From Planctomycetaceae bacterium (lineage in GTDB: Bacteria > Planctomycetota > Planctomycetia > Planctomycetales > Planctomycetaceae), in assembly GCA_947476295.1 (NCBI GenBank), contig CANJQC010000001.1, positions 28,555 through 92,554 on the forward strand: a DNA stretch of 64,000 bases, given 5' to 3'. This document shows, piece by piece, positions 49,658-58,679 of the stretch; position 1 is the stretch's first letter; each line of letters opens with the position of its first letter. The notes under the pieces are model-generated. The model had not been told where the DNA came from. It saw only the letters and a program-made list of their open reading frames with translations, and did not search any database. The translations under genes and the position numbers were made by a program.

Positions 49658-51370
49658 CTATGGCCTTGCCAGTGGGACGTAGTCTCGGGACAAATGAGCG
49701 ATGGGGTAATCAATCCGAAACAGCACATAACCGCCGGATCGGAACACCGGTGTCTGACTATAGGGGAAGCAAAGCTCCGACTGATGTTTTGCTAGCGAAG
49801 GCGGAAGCAGCGAACCGTCCGGGATGTCGCCTTCCCAGCCATCTTCCCGCAGGTCGGTGACCACGTATCGTACGGCGGATTGTTCGATTGCGGCAATCAT
49901 CATGTCGTGACGCTCGGGAAAACTGCGAGCCAGCACATCGAGATAAACGAATCGCGTGGCAGGCTGAAATCCGAGTTCCGGATACAGATGGATCAGATTG
50001 CCGTTGTAGGCCATGAGTGATTGATTGGCGATCTTGGTCTGCCGCGCGTAATCCAGCATCGGCTGAAGTTCGCTCCAGCGCGGAAATGGAATCTGAGCGA
50101 TCTGATCCTTGGACACGGGCGACAACGGCGTTCCAAAGCATGCTTGAAAGCATGGTAGCCATTGGCGTTGACGATTCCAGCGGAAGACCGGTGAGACAGT
50201 GATCACCAGATATACGAATGCGATGAACGCAGCGTAGATTAGATTTCTTTGTGTCGTACGGATTTCATCAAGTCTCTGAGGCGGCATTGTACCGGTGGGC
50301 TGACGCCCGCCGCTCGCCGGGGATGTGCTGGCGCTTCGGACGCAGATTGTCCAGGCCAGAAGGATTCCCGGCACATGGATGTAGTCGAAGAGTTGCTGCA
50401 GGAAAAACGCCTGCGCGACCCAGCCCAGGTAAAGCAAAGCTAAAAGATCAGCCACCATGTCATCCCTCATCTGGCAACTGGCATCGGCCGACTTTCGCCG
50501 CAACCAGAGTTTCTTCACGCTGACGTCCAGCGCCACAATATGCAGTAGAATCCACGGCTGAAATCGTATCGCGTGAGACACGTAGCGGCCCCACGTCCAT
50601 CGCGAGCGGCCAGCCTGAAAATAGTCGCCGTTCCAATTCAAAACCATGTCCACAAAGTACGGCCAGCAGCCGTTGTGAATCATCCAGACGATGCCGACAG
50701 CTCCACACAGGAGTCCGCCGCTCAGTACCGCCAGCATCTGGAGACTCCAGGCTCGAACGGTCGGCGAAAAACGAAGCGACCCAATGAGCACCGCCACTGC
50801 CGGAATTGCCACGAACGGCTTAAGCCAGAATCCAGCGGCCCAGAGGATCCCTTCCAGCGTCGTCAACGCCAGTTGACGAACCGGCATTCCAGATGTCGCA
50901 GCACGATTGTCCTCAGTCCGTCGCAGCACGTTGATTCGAATCAACAATGCCAGCAGACATGGTAAAAGCATCCATGTGTCGCGTTGAGCATGACACCATT
51001 CCGATGTGCCAAGATAGAACCCCATGATACCAAGGAGCGTTGCCGCTCGAATTGTTTGCTTCGCACGGTGACACTCAGTTCCGGATGTCGCAAGTCTGCC
51101 CAGCAGCAGGCCAATCGTCAGGACAGCGAACAGATCAAACACGCGAAGTGCCGGCGTGGACCAGCCGATGGCACTTCTGACAACAGCGTGGACCCAGACA
51201 ATTCCTGGCAGGTTGGGTTCAAGGACGTCACGATACAATACCCCGCCGTTTCGGAGGCACCTCGCCTGGATATCGTATAGAACCGTATCCGGTGTCAGCG
51301 TCTGCTGGACGAAGATCGGAATTTGGCTGACCAGCAGGACGCTCCAGAGAATAAAACAACTCCGGTTCAT
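49658..51370 (-). CDS. polytopic membrane protein, ArnT/PMT-like (GT-C) glycosyltransferase candidate
   Basis: 570 aa with at least 10 hydrophobic helices. The N-terminal loop motif YDIQARCLRNGGVLYRDVLEPNLPG resembles GT-C family first loops. The family assignment is tentative. Confidence 0.5.
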   Translation of the reverse strand: MNRSCFILWSVLLVSQIPIFVQQTLTPDTVLYDIQARCLRNGGVLYRDVLEPNLPGIVWVHAVVRSAIGWSTPALRVFDLFAVLTIGLLLGRLATSGTECHRAKQTIRAATLLGIMGFYLGTSEWCHAQRDTWMLLPCLLALLIRINVLRRTEDNRAATSGMPVRQLALTTLEGILWAAGFWLKPFVAIPAVAVLIGSLRFSPTVRAWSLQMLAVLSGGLLCGAVGIVWMIHNGCWPYFVDMVLNWNGDYFQAGRSRWTWGRYVSHAIRFQPWILLHIVALDVSVKKLWLRRKSADASCQMRDDMVADLLALLYLGWVAQAFFLQQLFDYIHVPGILLAWTICVRSASTSPASGGRQPTGTMPPQRLDEIRTTQRNLIYAAFIAFVYLVITVSPVFRWNRQRQWLPCFQACFGTPLSPVSKDQIAQIPFPRWSELQPMLDYARQTKIANQSLMAYNGNLIHLYPELGFQPATRFVYLDVLARSFPERHDMMIAAIEQSAVRYVVTDLREDGWEGDIPDGSLLPPSLAKHQSELCFPYSQTPVFRSGGYVLFRIDYPIAHLSRDYVPLARP

Positions 51371-51667
51371 ATTTTTTCACGGGTTAACTGTTTTGAAGAT
51401 GGCAATATGGAATTTATTGTAGCAGTATACAGGGTTCGTATAGACGTTGCCGACACTGCGTCAGGACAGTGGCGTATCGGTAATGCTTTGTCTTTGAACC
51501 TATTGTCGGTGATGGGGCTGAAATACTCCAACGCTGTAAAGTTGCAAATGCTTGACAATTCTGCCGTACTACAGCATTCAGAGAGATCGATGCTCGCCCG
51601 TTCAACTCGTGTTTGCAGACACGGTAATGCACTCAACCATTGCTGAAAACCCTGATCTTCGATCAAT

Positions 51668-52186
51668 TTGAAAGGTCCATCCGAGGTGTCCGTGCTAACT
51701 CGTATTCTGAACGCTCTGTTCCTGACTACCGCCCGCTTGTTTCTCGTCGCATGGATCGGCGGTGCCGCCTTATTTATAATCACAAGCATTGCCGAACAGC
51801 GCACGCCGGAATTCGATTCCATCGACAAAGATCGCCTAGCAACGATCCGGTTTCCACTCTACTACCTTTACGGCGCGTTCTGCCTGAGTACCGCAATCCT
51901 GACAACGGGTCTCGCGATCGCGACGACACCGCAGGGATCTCGCAAGAAGCTGATCACAGGATTTACGCTCTGCGTGCTGTCCGCTTTCGTTGCCGGTTAT
52001 GACTACGTCGCTGTCTATTCGCCACTGCAGCAGGCAATCACTCCCCCGGGTCAGGTACGCGGTCCCGATTTTCTGTCACTTCATAAACAATCAGAATTGA
52101 TAAACGAAGTCCATATTTCACTGGCCCTGCTCGCCGCAATTCTGATCTGCCTGCCCGCACGTCCGACATCGGCCCAGCGGTCGTGA
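51668..52186 (+). CDS. small integral membrane protein (DUF4149-like, 4 TM)
   Basis: Four hydrophobic helices. TTG start with GTG alternatives at 51686 and 51692. The domain call is weak. Confidence 0.45.
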   Translation: MKGPSEVSVLTRILNALFLTTARLFLVAWIGGAALFIITSIAEQRTPEFDSIDKDRLATIRFPLYYLYGAFCLSTAILTTGLAIATTPQGSRKKLITGFTLCVLSAFVAGYDYVAVYSPLQQAITPPGQVRGPDFLSLHKQSELINEVHISLALLAAILICLPARPTSAQRS

Positions 52187-52231
52187 AGCTGATTACTTTG
52201 CTCCGGGTGTTCCTCGTACTAGGTATTCCCT

Positions 52232-53458
52232 ATGAACTTCCCGTTCAAACTGTTGATCGTTCTTCTGCTGGCAACATTCCCCGCGTCTGACAACAATCGT
52301 ACGAGCGAGCCCAAGCGTATCGTTCTTGCCGGTGATTTCCGAGCCTTTGAACTAATGAGCGAAAAAGTAGCAGACCACACGCATCTGAACCTCGACGGCA
52401 GCCGTGCTGTCCCGCCGCTTGTGGCAAAGGCATTCATCAACGCGGTGCCGGAGGTTGCCGGAATCTTTTCGGATGAAGCAATTGCTGCTGCGGAAATTCC
52501 ACAGGAATACTCCACAAGCCTGGCTCAGGGCGAACTTCAGCTCGACGAAAACGAATCCGCCGTGACGATTCGACAGTCGGGCAAAATCATCCTGTCTTAC
52601 AACAAGCAGTCGCCTCCGGTTCCTGATGGGATTGATCCGATTTATCAGCGTTCCGGGTTTCTGCACCCGGTCGCGTCACCTACCGGTCGAGTCGTCACCG
52701 AGACCTTTCCGTTTGATCACGCCCATCAGCACGGCATTTTTACGGCTTGGGTGAAGACCACCTGGCACGACCGCGAGATCGATTTCTGGAATCTCGCTGG
52801 CGGTACCGGTCGGGTTCTGCATCAGCGCATCATCAACACGTTTGCAGAAGTCGGTCAAATTGGATTCGAAGCTGATCTGACTCATCGAGCGGAAAAGGAA
52901 CCTACCGTCAATATCCTTCGGGAACGCTGGCGGATCGCGGCCTTTGCAACGGATGGTTCGTACCATGGTTTCGATCTGCAGACGACTCAACACGCACTGA
53001 CCGACGAACCGCTGGTCATTCAGAAATACCACTACGGCGGAGTCGCCCTGCGCGGCCCGGTTCGCTGGCTGACGGAGAAGGAAAGCGATTCTAAAAAGCC
53101 GGCCGATGGTTCATCGAACGCGCCTGCCCGCGAGCCGAGCGAGTTCCTGAACGATCTCGGTTCCGACCGGATAAAAGGCAATCATGAACACGCTCACTGG
53201 GTCTCGCTCACCGGCCAGATCGACGGCCAGCCCGTGACGATCACCGTGCTCTGCCATCGCGACAATTTTCGATCACCGCAGGCGGCGCGGCTGCATCCCA
53301 CAAAGCCCTACTTCGTGTTCTCGCCCTGCGTCGATGGCGAATTCATCATCGATCGCGAGCACCCTTTCACCAGCCGGTATCGTTATCTCATCACCGACGC
53401 CGCCCCAGATGCCGAATGGTTGAATAAACAGTGGGACGCATGGCACGCGGAAAAATGA
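52232..53458 (+). CDS. PmoA-like DUF6807 family protein (secreted)
   Basis: Signal peptide. RSGFLHPVASPTGRVVTETFPFDHAHQHGIFTAW and the HYGGVALRG motif are typical of the family. Confidence 0.75.
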   Translation: MNFPFKLLIVLLLATFPASDNNRTSEPKRIVLAGDFRAFELMSEKVADHTHLNLDGSRAVPPLVAKAFINAVPEVAGIFSDEAIAAAEIPQEYSTSLAQGELQLDENESAVTIRQSGKIILSYNKQSPPVPDGIDPIYQRSGFLHPVASPTGRVVTETFPFDHAHQHGIFTAWVKTTWHDREIDFWNLAGGTGRVLHQRIINTFAEVGQIGFEADLTHRAEKEPTVNILRERWRIAAFATDGSYHGFDLQTTQHALTDEPLVIQKYHYGGVALRGPVRWLTEKESDSKKPADGSSNAPAREPSEFLNDLGSDRIKGNHEHAHWVSLTGQIDGQPVTITVLCHRDNFRSPQAARLHPTKPYFVFSPCVDGEFIIDREHPFTSRYRYLITDAAPDAEWLNKQWDAWHAEK

Positions 53459-53741
53459 GGCCCGCATCGATCACAGTTTTAGATGTCAACATTCGATGCG
53501 ATATACTGCTCGGCGGCACTCGAATGAAGTAGCCATCACGCTCCGCGTGATGAGACCCGATCTGGCCCATTCGTGTTACGAACTCGCATTCACTGGCCAA
53601 ACGGCACTTGCGACGCATCTTGAGAACCACACGTTTTTACCTGGCAACGCTGGAGGACAAAGGCATCGTCTCGGCGGAGCGAGACGGCTACATTTTTCAC
53701 ACCCTGCACCGGATTGTTTCTATTTCAATAGAGATTGACTC

Positions 53742-53788
53742 TTGACTGCGGTGCTTGCGGCTCATAAATTCTATGAAAGTAGAAATTT
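53742..53788 (+). promoter_or_regulatory. candidate sigma70-type promoter with overlapping inverted repeat (BlaI operator candidate)
   Basis: TTGACT (53742-47), a 17-nt spacer, then TAAATT (53765-70). The inverted repeat TTCTA-N6-TAGAA lies within AAATTCTATGAAAGTAGAAATTT (53766-88), 27 nt upstream of the blaI-like ATG. Confidence 0.4.
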
Positions 53789-53814
53789 AACTCGGCAACA
53801 AGGGACCGAACTTT

Positions 53815-54219
53815 ATGGCACGGGTGGCATCCGAATATCCCACTGAACTGGAGCTGCTGATTCTGAAAGTGCTCTGGGAATATTCTCCTCAGACGGCTCG
53901 TCAGATTCGCGATGTACTGGCGGAGCGAGGTCGGCGTTTGGCTCATACGTCGGTGATCACGACGCTGCAAAAGATGGTCGATAAGCAACAGCTGGTTCAG
54001 CTGGACCCGGTCGAAGGAAAAGCGTTTCGCTTTTCACCACTCATCAGCGACCAGCAAGTCAGCCGCGGGATGCTGGGGGATCTGGTCAATCGTGTTTTTG
54101 ATGGTTCGGCCGAGGCCGTCATGCTGAGTCTGTTTGATGTGTCCGAGCTGGACGAGGATGCTTTGAAGCGTCTGCGCAAAGCGTTCAACCAGAAACTGCG
54201 GGAGAAAAGCCATGAATGA
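53815..54219 (+). CDS. BlaI/MecI/CopY family transcriptional repressor
   Basis: Winged-helix N-terminus (TELELLILKVLWEYSPQTARQIRDVL...HTSVITTLQKMVDK). 134 aa. Confidence 0.85.
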   Translation: MARVASEYPTELELLILKVLWEYSPQTARQIRDVLAERGRRLAHTSVITTLQKMVDKQQLVQLDPVEGKAFRFSPLISDQQVSRGMLGDLVNRVFDGSAEAVMLSLFDVSELDEDALKRLRKAFNQKLREKSHE

Positions 54220-56717
54220 TGTGTTCAGTTTGTGGCTCGGCCTGAGCCCGGAGATGTCCATTCGCTGGGGTCTGACGCTGCTGCATTTTCTGTGGCAGGG
54301 AGCCTTAGTTGGGGCGCTGGCATTCGTCGCGGCGAAACTGTTGCGGCATCAAGCGGCCGTTGTGCGATACTGGCTGAATTCTGTGGCGTTGATGGCGTGC
54401 CCGCTGTGCGTTGCGCTGACGTTTGCACTGGTGGAGGTTCCAGACGATTTTCGAGTCTCGGCTCTGCCTGAATCTACCGCGGTCTCCAACCCACCTGGAC
54501 CAATGGCGAATGGAGATCTGGCTTCGCTGGATGTGCCGTATCCAATTCTGTCGGCGATGGCTCCTGCGGCAAACATCACGCAGAATTTGAATGAGGCGAC
54601 GGGCATCTCCGCAGCGACCGTTTCCAGTGAGCCGACTTTCCAATGGCTGCCCGTCATCGCTCAATGGATGACAATCCTGTACGCCGCGGGAGTTTTCTTT
54701 TTTCTCATTCGCCTGGGAACTGCACTCCGGGGCGGCCAGCGGCTGCGAGCGATCTCAAGGCCCATGTCTGATTCCGTGTTGCTTGAACTGGTCCGCGATC
54801 AGGCGAAACGTATCGGCCTGCACATCGTGCCGGTGGTTGCGTATTGTGAACGAATTGCCGTTCCGACCGTGATCGGTGTACTGCGTCCGATGATTCTGCT
54901 GCCTGAGTGCTGAGCGAGAAATCTGCTGCGACGATCTGGTTGTGCGATCCGGTCAAGAGCCGATGAGCTACGCCGGGGCATTGTTGCGAATGGCGGAACT
55001 TTGCGTTGCACAGAACAGCCCGAAACTCGCAGCACTATCGGCTGACGGCCAGTCTCGGTCAGAACTGGAACGTCGAATTCTCCGGCTGATGAATCTGAGA
55101 CACGGTTCAAAACTGCGACTGACACCTGTCGGTGTGATGATCATTGCGATCGCCATCATGTTGAGTGCTGTGGCTCCGGCGATGCTCAGTGCCAGGAATG
55201 AGTCCGATATTTCGGCCGAAACGCAGGCCGCTGCCGTTGCTATCGAGGAAAGCGATCTGCCGTTTGAGTGGTCGATCCCGGGAACCGTTACGGATGAAAA
55301 AGGCAAACCCGTCGCCGGAGCCATCATTGAGACGCTCCCGGGCCTGCAAAAGCAGGTCTCAACGACGTCCGCCGATTTCAGCGGTCTGCCGAATCTCGCG
55401 ACCACAGACGTCGCGGGGATCGTAGAGTTCCCGTGGATTCCTGCAGGCCTTCAGCGTGGTGTTTCATTCGAAATACGCGATCCCAGGTATCATTGTCCAA
55501 AGCCGCCTTTGTACGAGACTGTAGATTCGGATATGACAGCTCGGGTACTCAGGGTCGCATCGGTCCGCGGAAAGGTGACTCTTGCAAACGGCACTCCAGT
55601 TTCCGGAGTGCGTTTACAGGCCGAAGGTCGAGGCAACACTACCAGGTATTTCCGTGGGCACACGACGGCCCGTATCGACGGAAGCTATGAATTCGACATC
55701 TATCCTGACCAGAATACGATTGTTGCCATTACAGACACAAACTATGCCGCAAAAAGTCACATGGATGTTCTGCTGAAGGAAGGTCAGTCGAGAGAAGACG
55801 TCGATTTCGTAGTCAGCGACGGCACGCTGATCCGTGGAACAATAACGCTTGGAAAAGATCGACTCCCCGCTGTCGGGGATAGAGTAACGCTGATTCAATC
55901 AGCCGACGGAACGGACCTCGTGCGTTGGAGTGCGATCGACGCCAATGGGTTTTATCGGTTCCGCGTTGGGCTTGGAACGTACGAGTTGCGTCTGCCAAAT
56001 CAGGAGGCGGCTGCGCCGATCATGATCAATGTGAAGGATGAGGAAGAGGTCGTCTATGACGGACACGCTGAGCGACGTAGTCGCGTGAACCTGAGCGGCA
56101 TCGTGATCGATGCGTCCGCCAAGCCCGTTGCCAACTGCAAAGTCTACGGCGAATCCATCGCAGCCCCTGGGCACGCCGGGTTTCAGACGACAACAAACGC
56201 TGACGGGAAATTCAACTCCGATCGATGGTCGGACAGCATGTTGGTTTACGCCATTCAAGGCAAGAAAATGCTGGCTGGCTACACGGAGATTTCCGAGGAT
56301 TCAACGGACGTTGCGGTAAAGCTCGCACCAGCGACGGCTGCCTCGGGATTCGTTCGCAGGAAAGACGGTCAACCAGTGGCGGATGTAAGAGTCCAGTTGA
56401 ATGTCGGGTTGCCCCGCGCTGAAGGACAATGCAACCTGAATCTGTGGACGACTACCGACGAAGACGGCGCGTACACCTTCATTGGACTTGTTCCAGGAGC
56501 GTTGTGCAGCGTAATTGTGTATCGTGCCGATCAGCACACGAACGGTCCGAAGTTCGAAGTGAACGATCTCGGCTCCGTCGTGCTGGATGATGTGGTCATC
56601 GCCCCCGTCCCGGTCGCTGCTCTCGTGCCCAATGATCAATCTGGCCACGAGCCGAATCAGGTGCCAGATGCCGCGCCTGCGGATGGAAGTTCTGAGAAGA
56701 CAGTGACTGTTCGTTAG
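54212..56717 (+). pseudogene. BlaR1-like (M56 peptidase family) sensor, frame-shifted and lacking the HExxH core; C-terminal carboxypeptidase-regulatory-like repeats
   Basis: ORF 54212-54913 ends ...VIGVLRPMILLPEC*. The next frame reads FCCLSAEREICCDDLVVRSGQEPMSYAGALLRMAEL and continues to 56717. No HExxH occurs in either part. Intact family members, as I remember them, carry about 60 aa with HELAH between ILLP and ERE.CCDD. Confidence 0.6.
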
Positions 56718-56855
56718 CCGGATTCGTCAGAATTCCGAGCCGGGCCATGATTCAACCTGAGGTCTCACGACTTCGGCAACAAGAAAATGCCTCACTCAGA
56801 CCCGAGCGAAGTATAAGTCCACATGACGGGCTGTCGGAAGATTTCCCAGGCGGCA

Positions 56856-57074
56856 TCACTTTCCCATTGGTTTCGGATGACTCTGCAGCTCTACCACCGG
56901 ATGAGTTTCAGTTTCCGACTTATAGCGAGCATCGTATTCATCCATCAGCATGGATGGACAGATTTCGTGTTCATCGCATGTCTTGCAGACAAGTCGGATC
57001 AGGTCCGAGCCCGCCATTTTGAGCTGATGAGTTTCACACAGGTCGTAGAGTTGTTTAAGGTGAGTGCAGACCAT
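56856..57074 (-). CDS. small Cys-containing hypothetical protein (72 aa)
   Basis: ATG at 57074 with AAGGA 8 nt upstream. Contains two Cys pairs (C3...C13; CKTC...C). No domain recognised. Confidence 0.4.
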   Translation of the reverse strand: MVCTHLKQLYDLCETHQLKMAGSDLIRLVCKTCDEHEICPSMLMDEYDARYKSETETHPVVELQSHPKPMGK

Positions 57075-57570
57075 GCGAACATTCCTTAAGAAACTTTTCA
57101 AGAGTCTGACAGCAGCACGATCACGATTGGCGAGTGATTTTCGGCTCCATCAGTGCGAAAACAGTATACCATGATTGTTGGCGGACATCCTGCCAGAAAA
57201 ATCTATTGTGAAACTGGGGTGTCAGGGGCGGGGTTTCTGGTTTAGTAGTGTGCTAAAGACTTGCCGGTTGAGGCTGATTGCTTTGCTTCCGACGCCCCGG
57301 CATAGCAGGAATGAGTATGCAGTCTGTGCCACGAAAGCCGATAGCAACTGGCAGATACGCACTTTGGAGTTGACCGAAGGAACCGGTTGCCACGGATGGT
57401 GACGGGATTCCTGTGAAATTGGTCTCCAAAACGAGATGGTTGCCTGATCAGTTGCAGCGCAGGATGCGGCTCGACTGATCGGCTCCATTTTAATTTCTTG
57501 CCGCCGTGACTTCGAACCGAAGTCGCTGCGGTGCGTCAGAATGGATTCTGATACAAAGGAACATGACGAC

Positions 57571-58515
57571 ATGAAGTCGCTAGCTCTCTCACTCATCCGT
57601 GCGACTTGCTTCGTAGTCGCGATTCCGATTTTCTTTGTTGAGGTCCAGGCGCAGCTGGTTCCCGGAACAGGAATGAAGCTGCAGCAGGTGGGCGACGACT
57701 TTGAAGACGAAAACTGGCAATGGGTTCCGAACGGCAACAAAGCCAGCAAGGAACAGGATGAACAGGTGCGCTCTCCAACCGGATTCTCTAACAATCAACG
57801 CTGGTTCGAAAGTCCCAAGCGAGGCATGCCGGACCATATCGTGCGCGTGGCAACTCCCGAGGGTGGCATTCCTAGCAGCATCGGTTCGCTCAAGATTCAG
57901 ACTCTGAATTCCGGGGTTCCCGGTCGAAACAGCAGTCAGATGGAGCAGGACGATCTGGTGATGTCGTGTTCTTCCAGAATCGGGGCGATTTCCGTCAGTC
58001 GCAATCCGAGCTGCACGTGCCGCATCTATCTGCCGCCGTTTGACAAATGGGAAGATCGTTCCGGAACTCACTTTGGCTATCGTATCGATACAAAGACCAC
58101 GATCACAGAGAGCAAAAAGAGGTTTCTGTTTTCGACGAGCAGCAAGAAACAGGAAGAATACTGGCCGGGCTATTTCATCGAATTCCACAGCAGCCACGAC
58201 GGTCGCTTTCCAGCAGACGAAGCCATGCTGCTGATTCGGGGAGACCATCTGGGTCATGAAGTCAAGAGCCTGAAGCTGACTCCCGGATGGTGGACACTGG
58301 GAATGTCAGTTTCCAGCGACGGACAGTTGCATTTCTATGGCAAACAGGGAGTGAGCAATCTCACCTCGGCCGACCATCTGTATTCCAGTTTTCCATACGG
58401 TTACAAAGCCGAATACTTTGCGACTCATTTCTTTAATAGCTGCAATATGAACGATGGCAAGACTTGGTCAACGCCCGTCATTATAGACGACCCTTCCATC
58501 TTCTCAATGCGATAA
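57571..58515 (+). CDS. secreted hypothetical protein
   Basis: Signal peptide MKSLALSLIRATCFVVAIPIFFVEVQAQ. The 314-aa protein looks beta-rich. No family recognised. Confidence 0.6.
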   Translation: MKSLALSLIRATCFVVAIPIFFVEVQAQLVPGTGMKLQQVGDDFEDENWQWVPNGNKASKEQDEQVRSPTGFSNNQRWFESPKRGMPDHIVRVATPEGGIPSSIGSLKIQTLNSGVPGRNSSQMEQDDLVMSCSSRIGAISVSRNPSCTCRIYLPPFDKWEDRSGTHFGYRIDTKTTITESKKRFLFSTSSKKQEEYWPGYFIEFHSSHDGRFPADEAMLLIRGDHLGHEVKSLKLTPGWWTLGMSVSSDGQLHFYGKQGVSNLTSADHLYSSFPYGYKAEYFATHFFNSCNMNDGKTWSTPVIIDDPSIFSMR

Positions 58516-58642
58516 CCGCTGCTACGCCACCAGTTGAACTGTTTACACGCGCGACAGGTTGACGCACGACGCGAGGAGCCTGTCCGGAAATCTGATGCGA
58601 TAGTACCATAGTAACTCCTCCACTATTGTACGACCCGATGTT

Positions 58643-58676
58643 CCGGGGCTGGCATGTGCAAACATGCCAGCCCCGG
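58643..58676. terminator. perfect 14-bp hairpin between convergent genes (bidirectional terminator candidate)
   Basis: CCGGGGCTGGCATG-tgcaaa-CATGCCAGCCCCGG. It sits 3 nt from the DUF885 stop and about 130 nt after the plus-strand gene. Only weak T tracts follow. Confidence 0.55.
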
Positions 58677-58679
58677 TTC

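Noticed and set aside
57222-57794. 190-aa minus-strand ORF spanning the long leader and the start of the secreted-protein gene. The same applies to 51367-51828 and 62663-63109.
   Set aside because: Their composition is Ser/Cys/Arg-rich and they overlap better-supported genes on the other strand. They have no ribosome-binding site or motifs.
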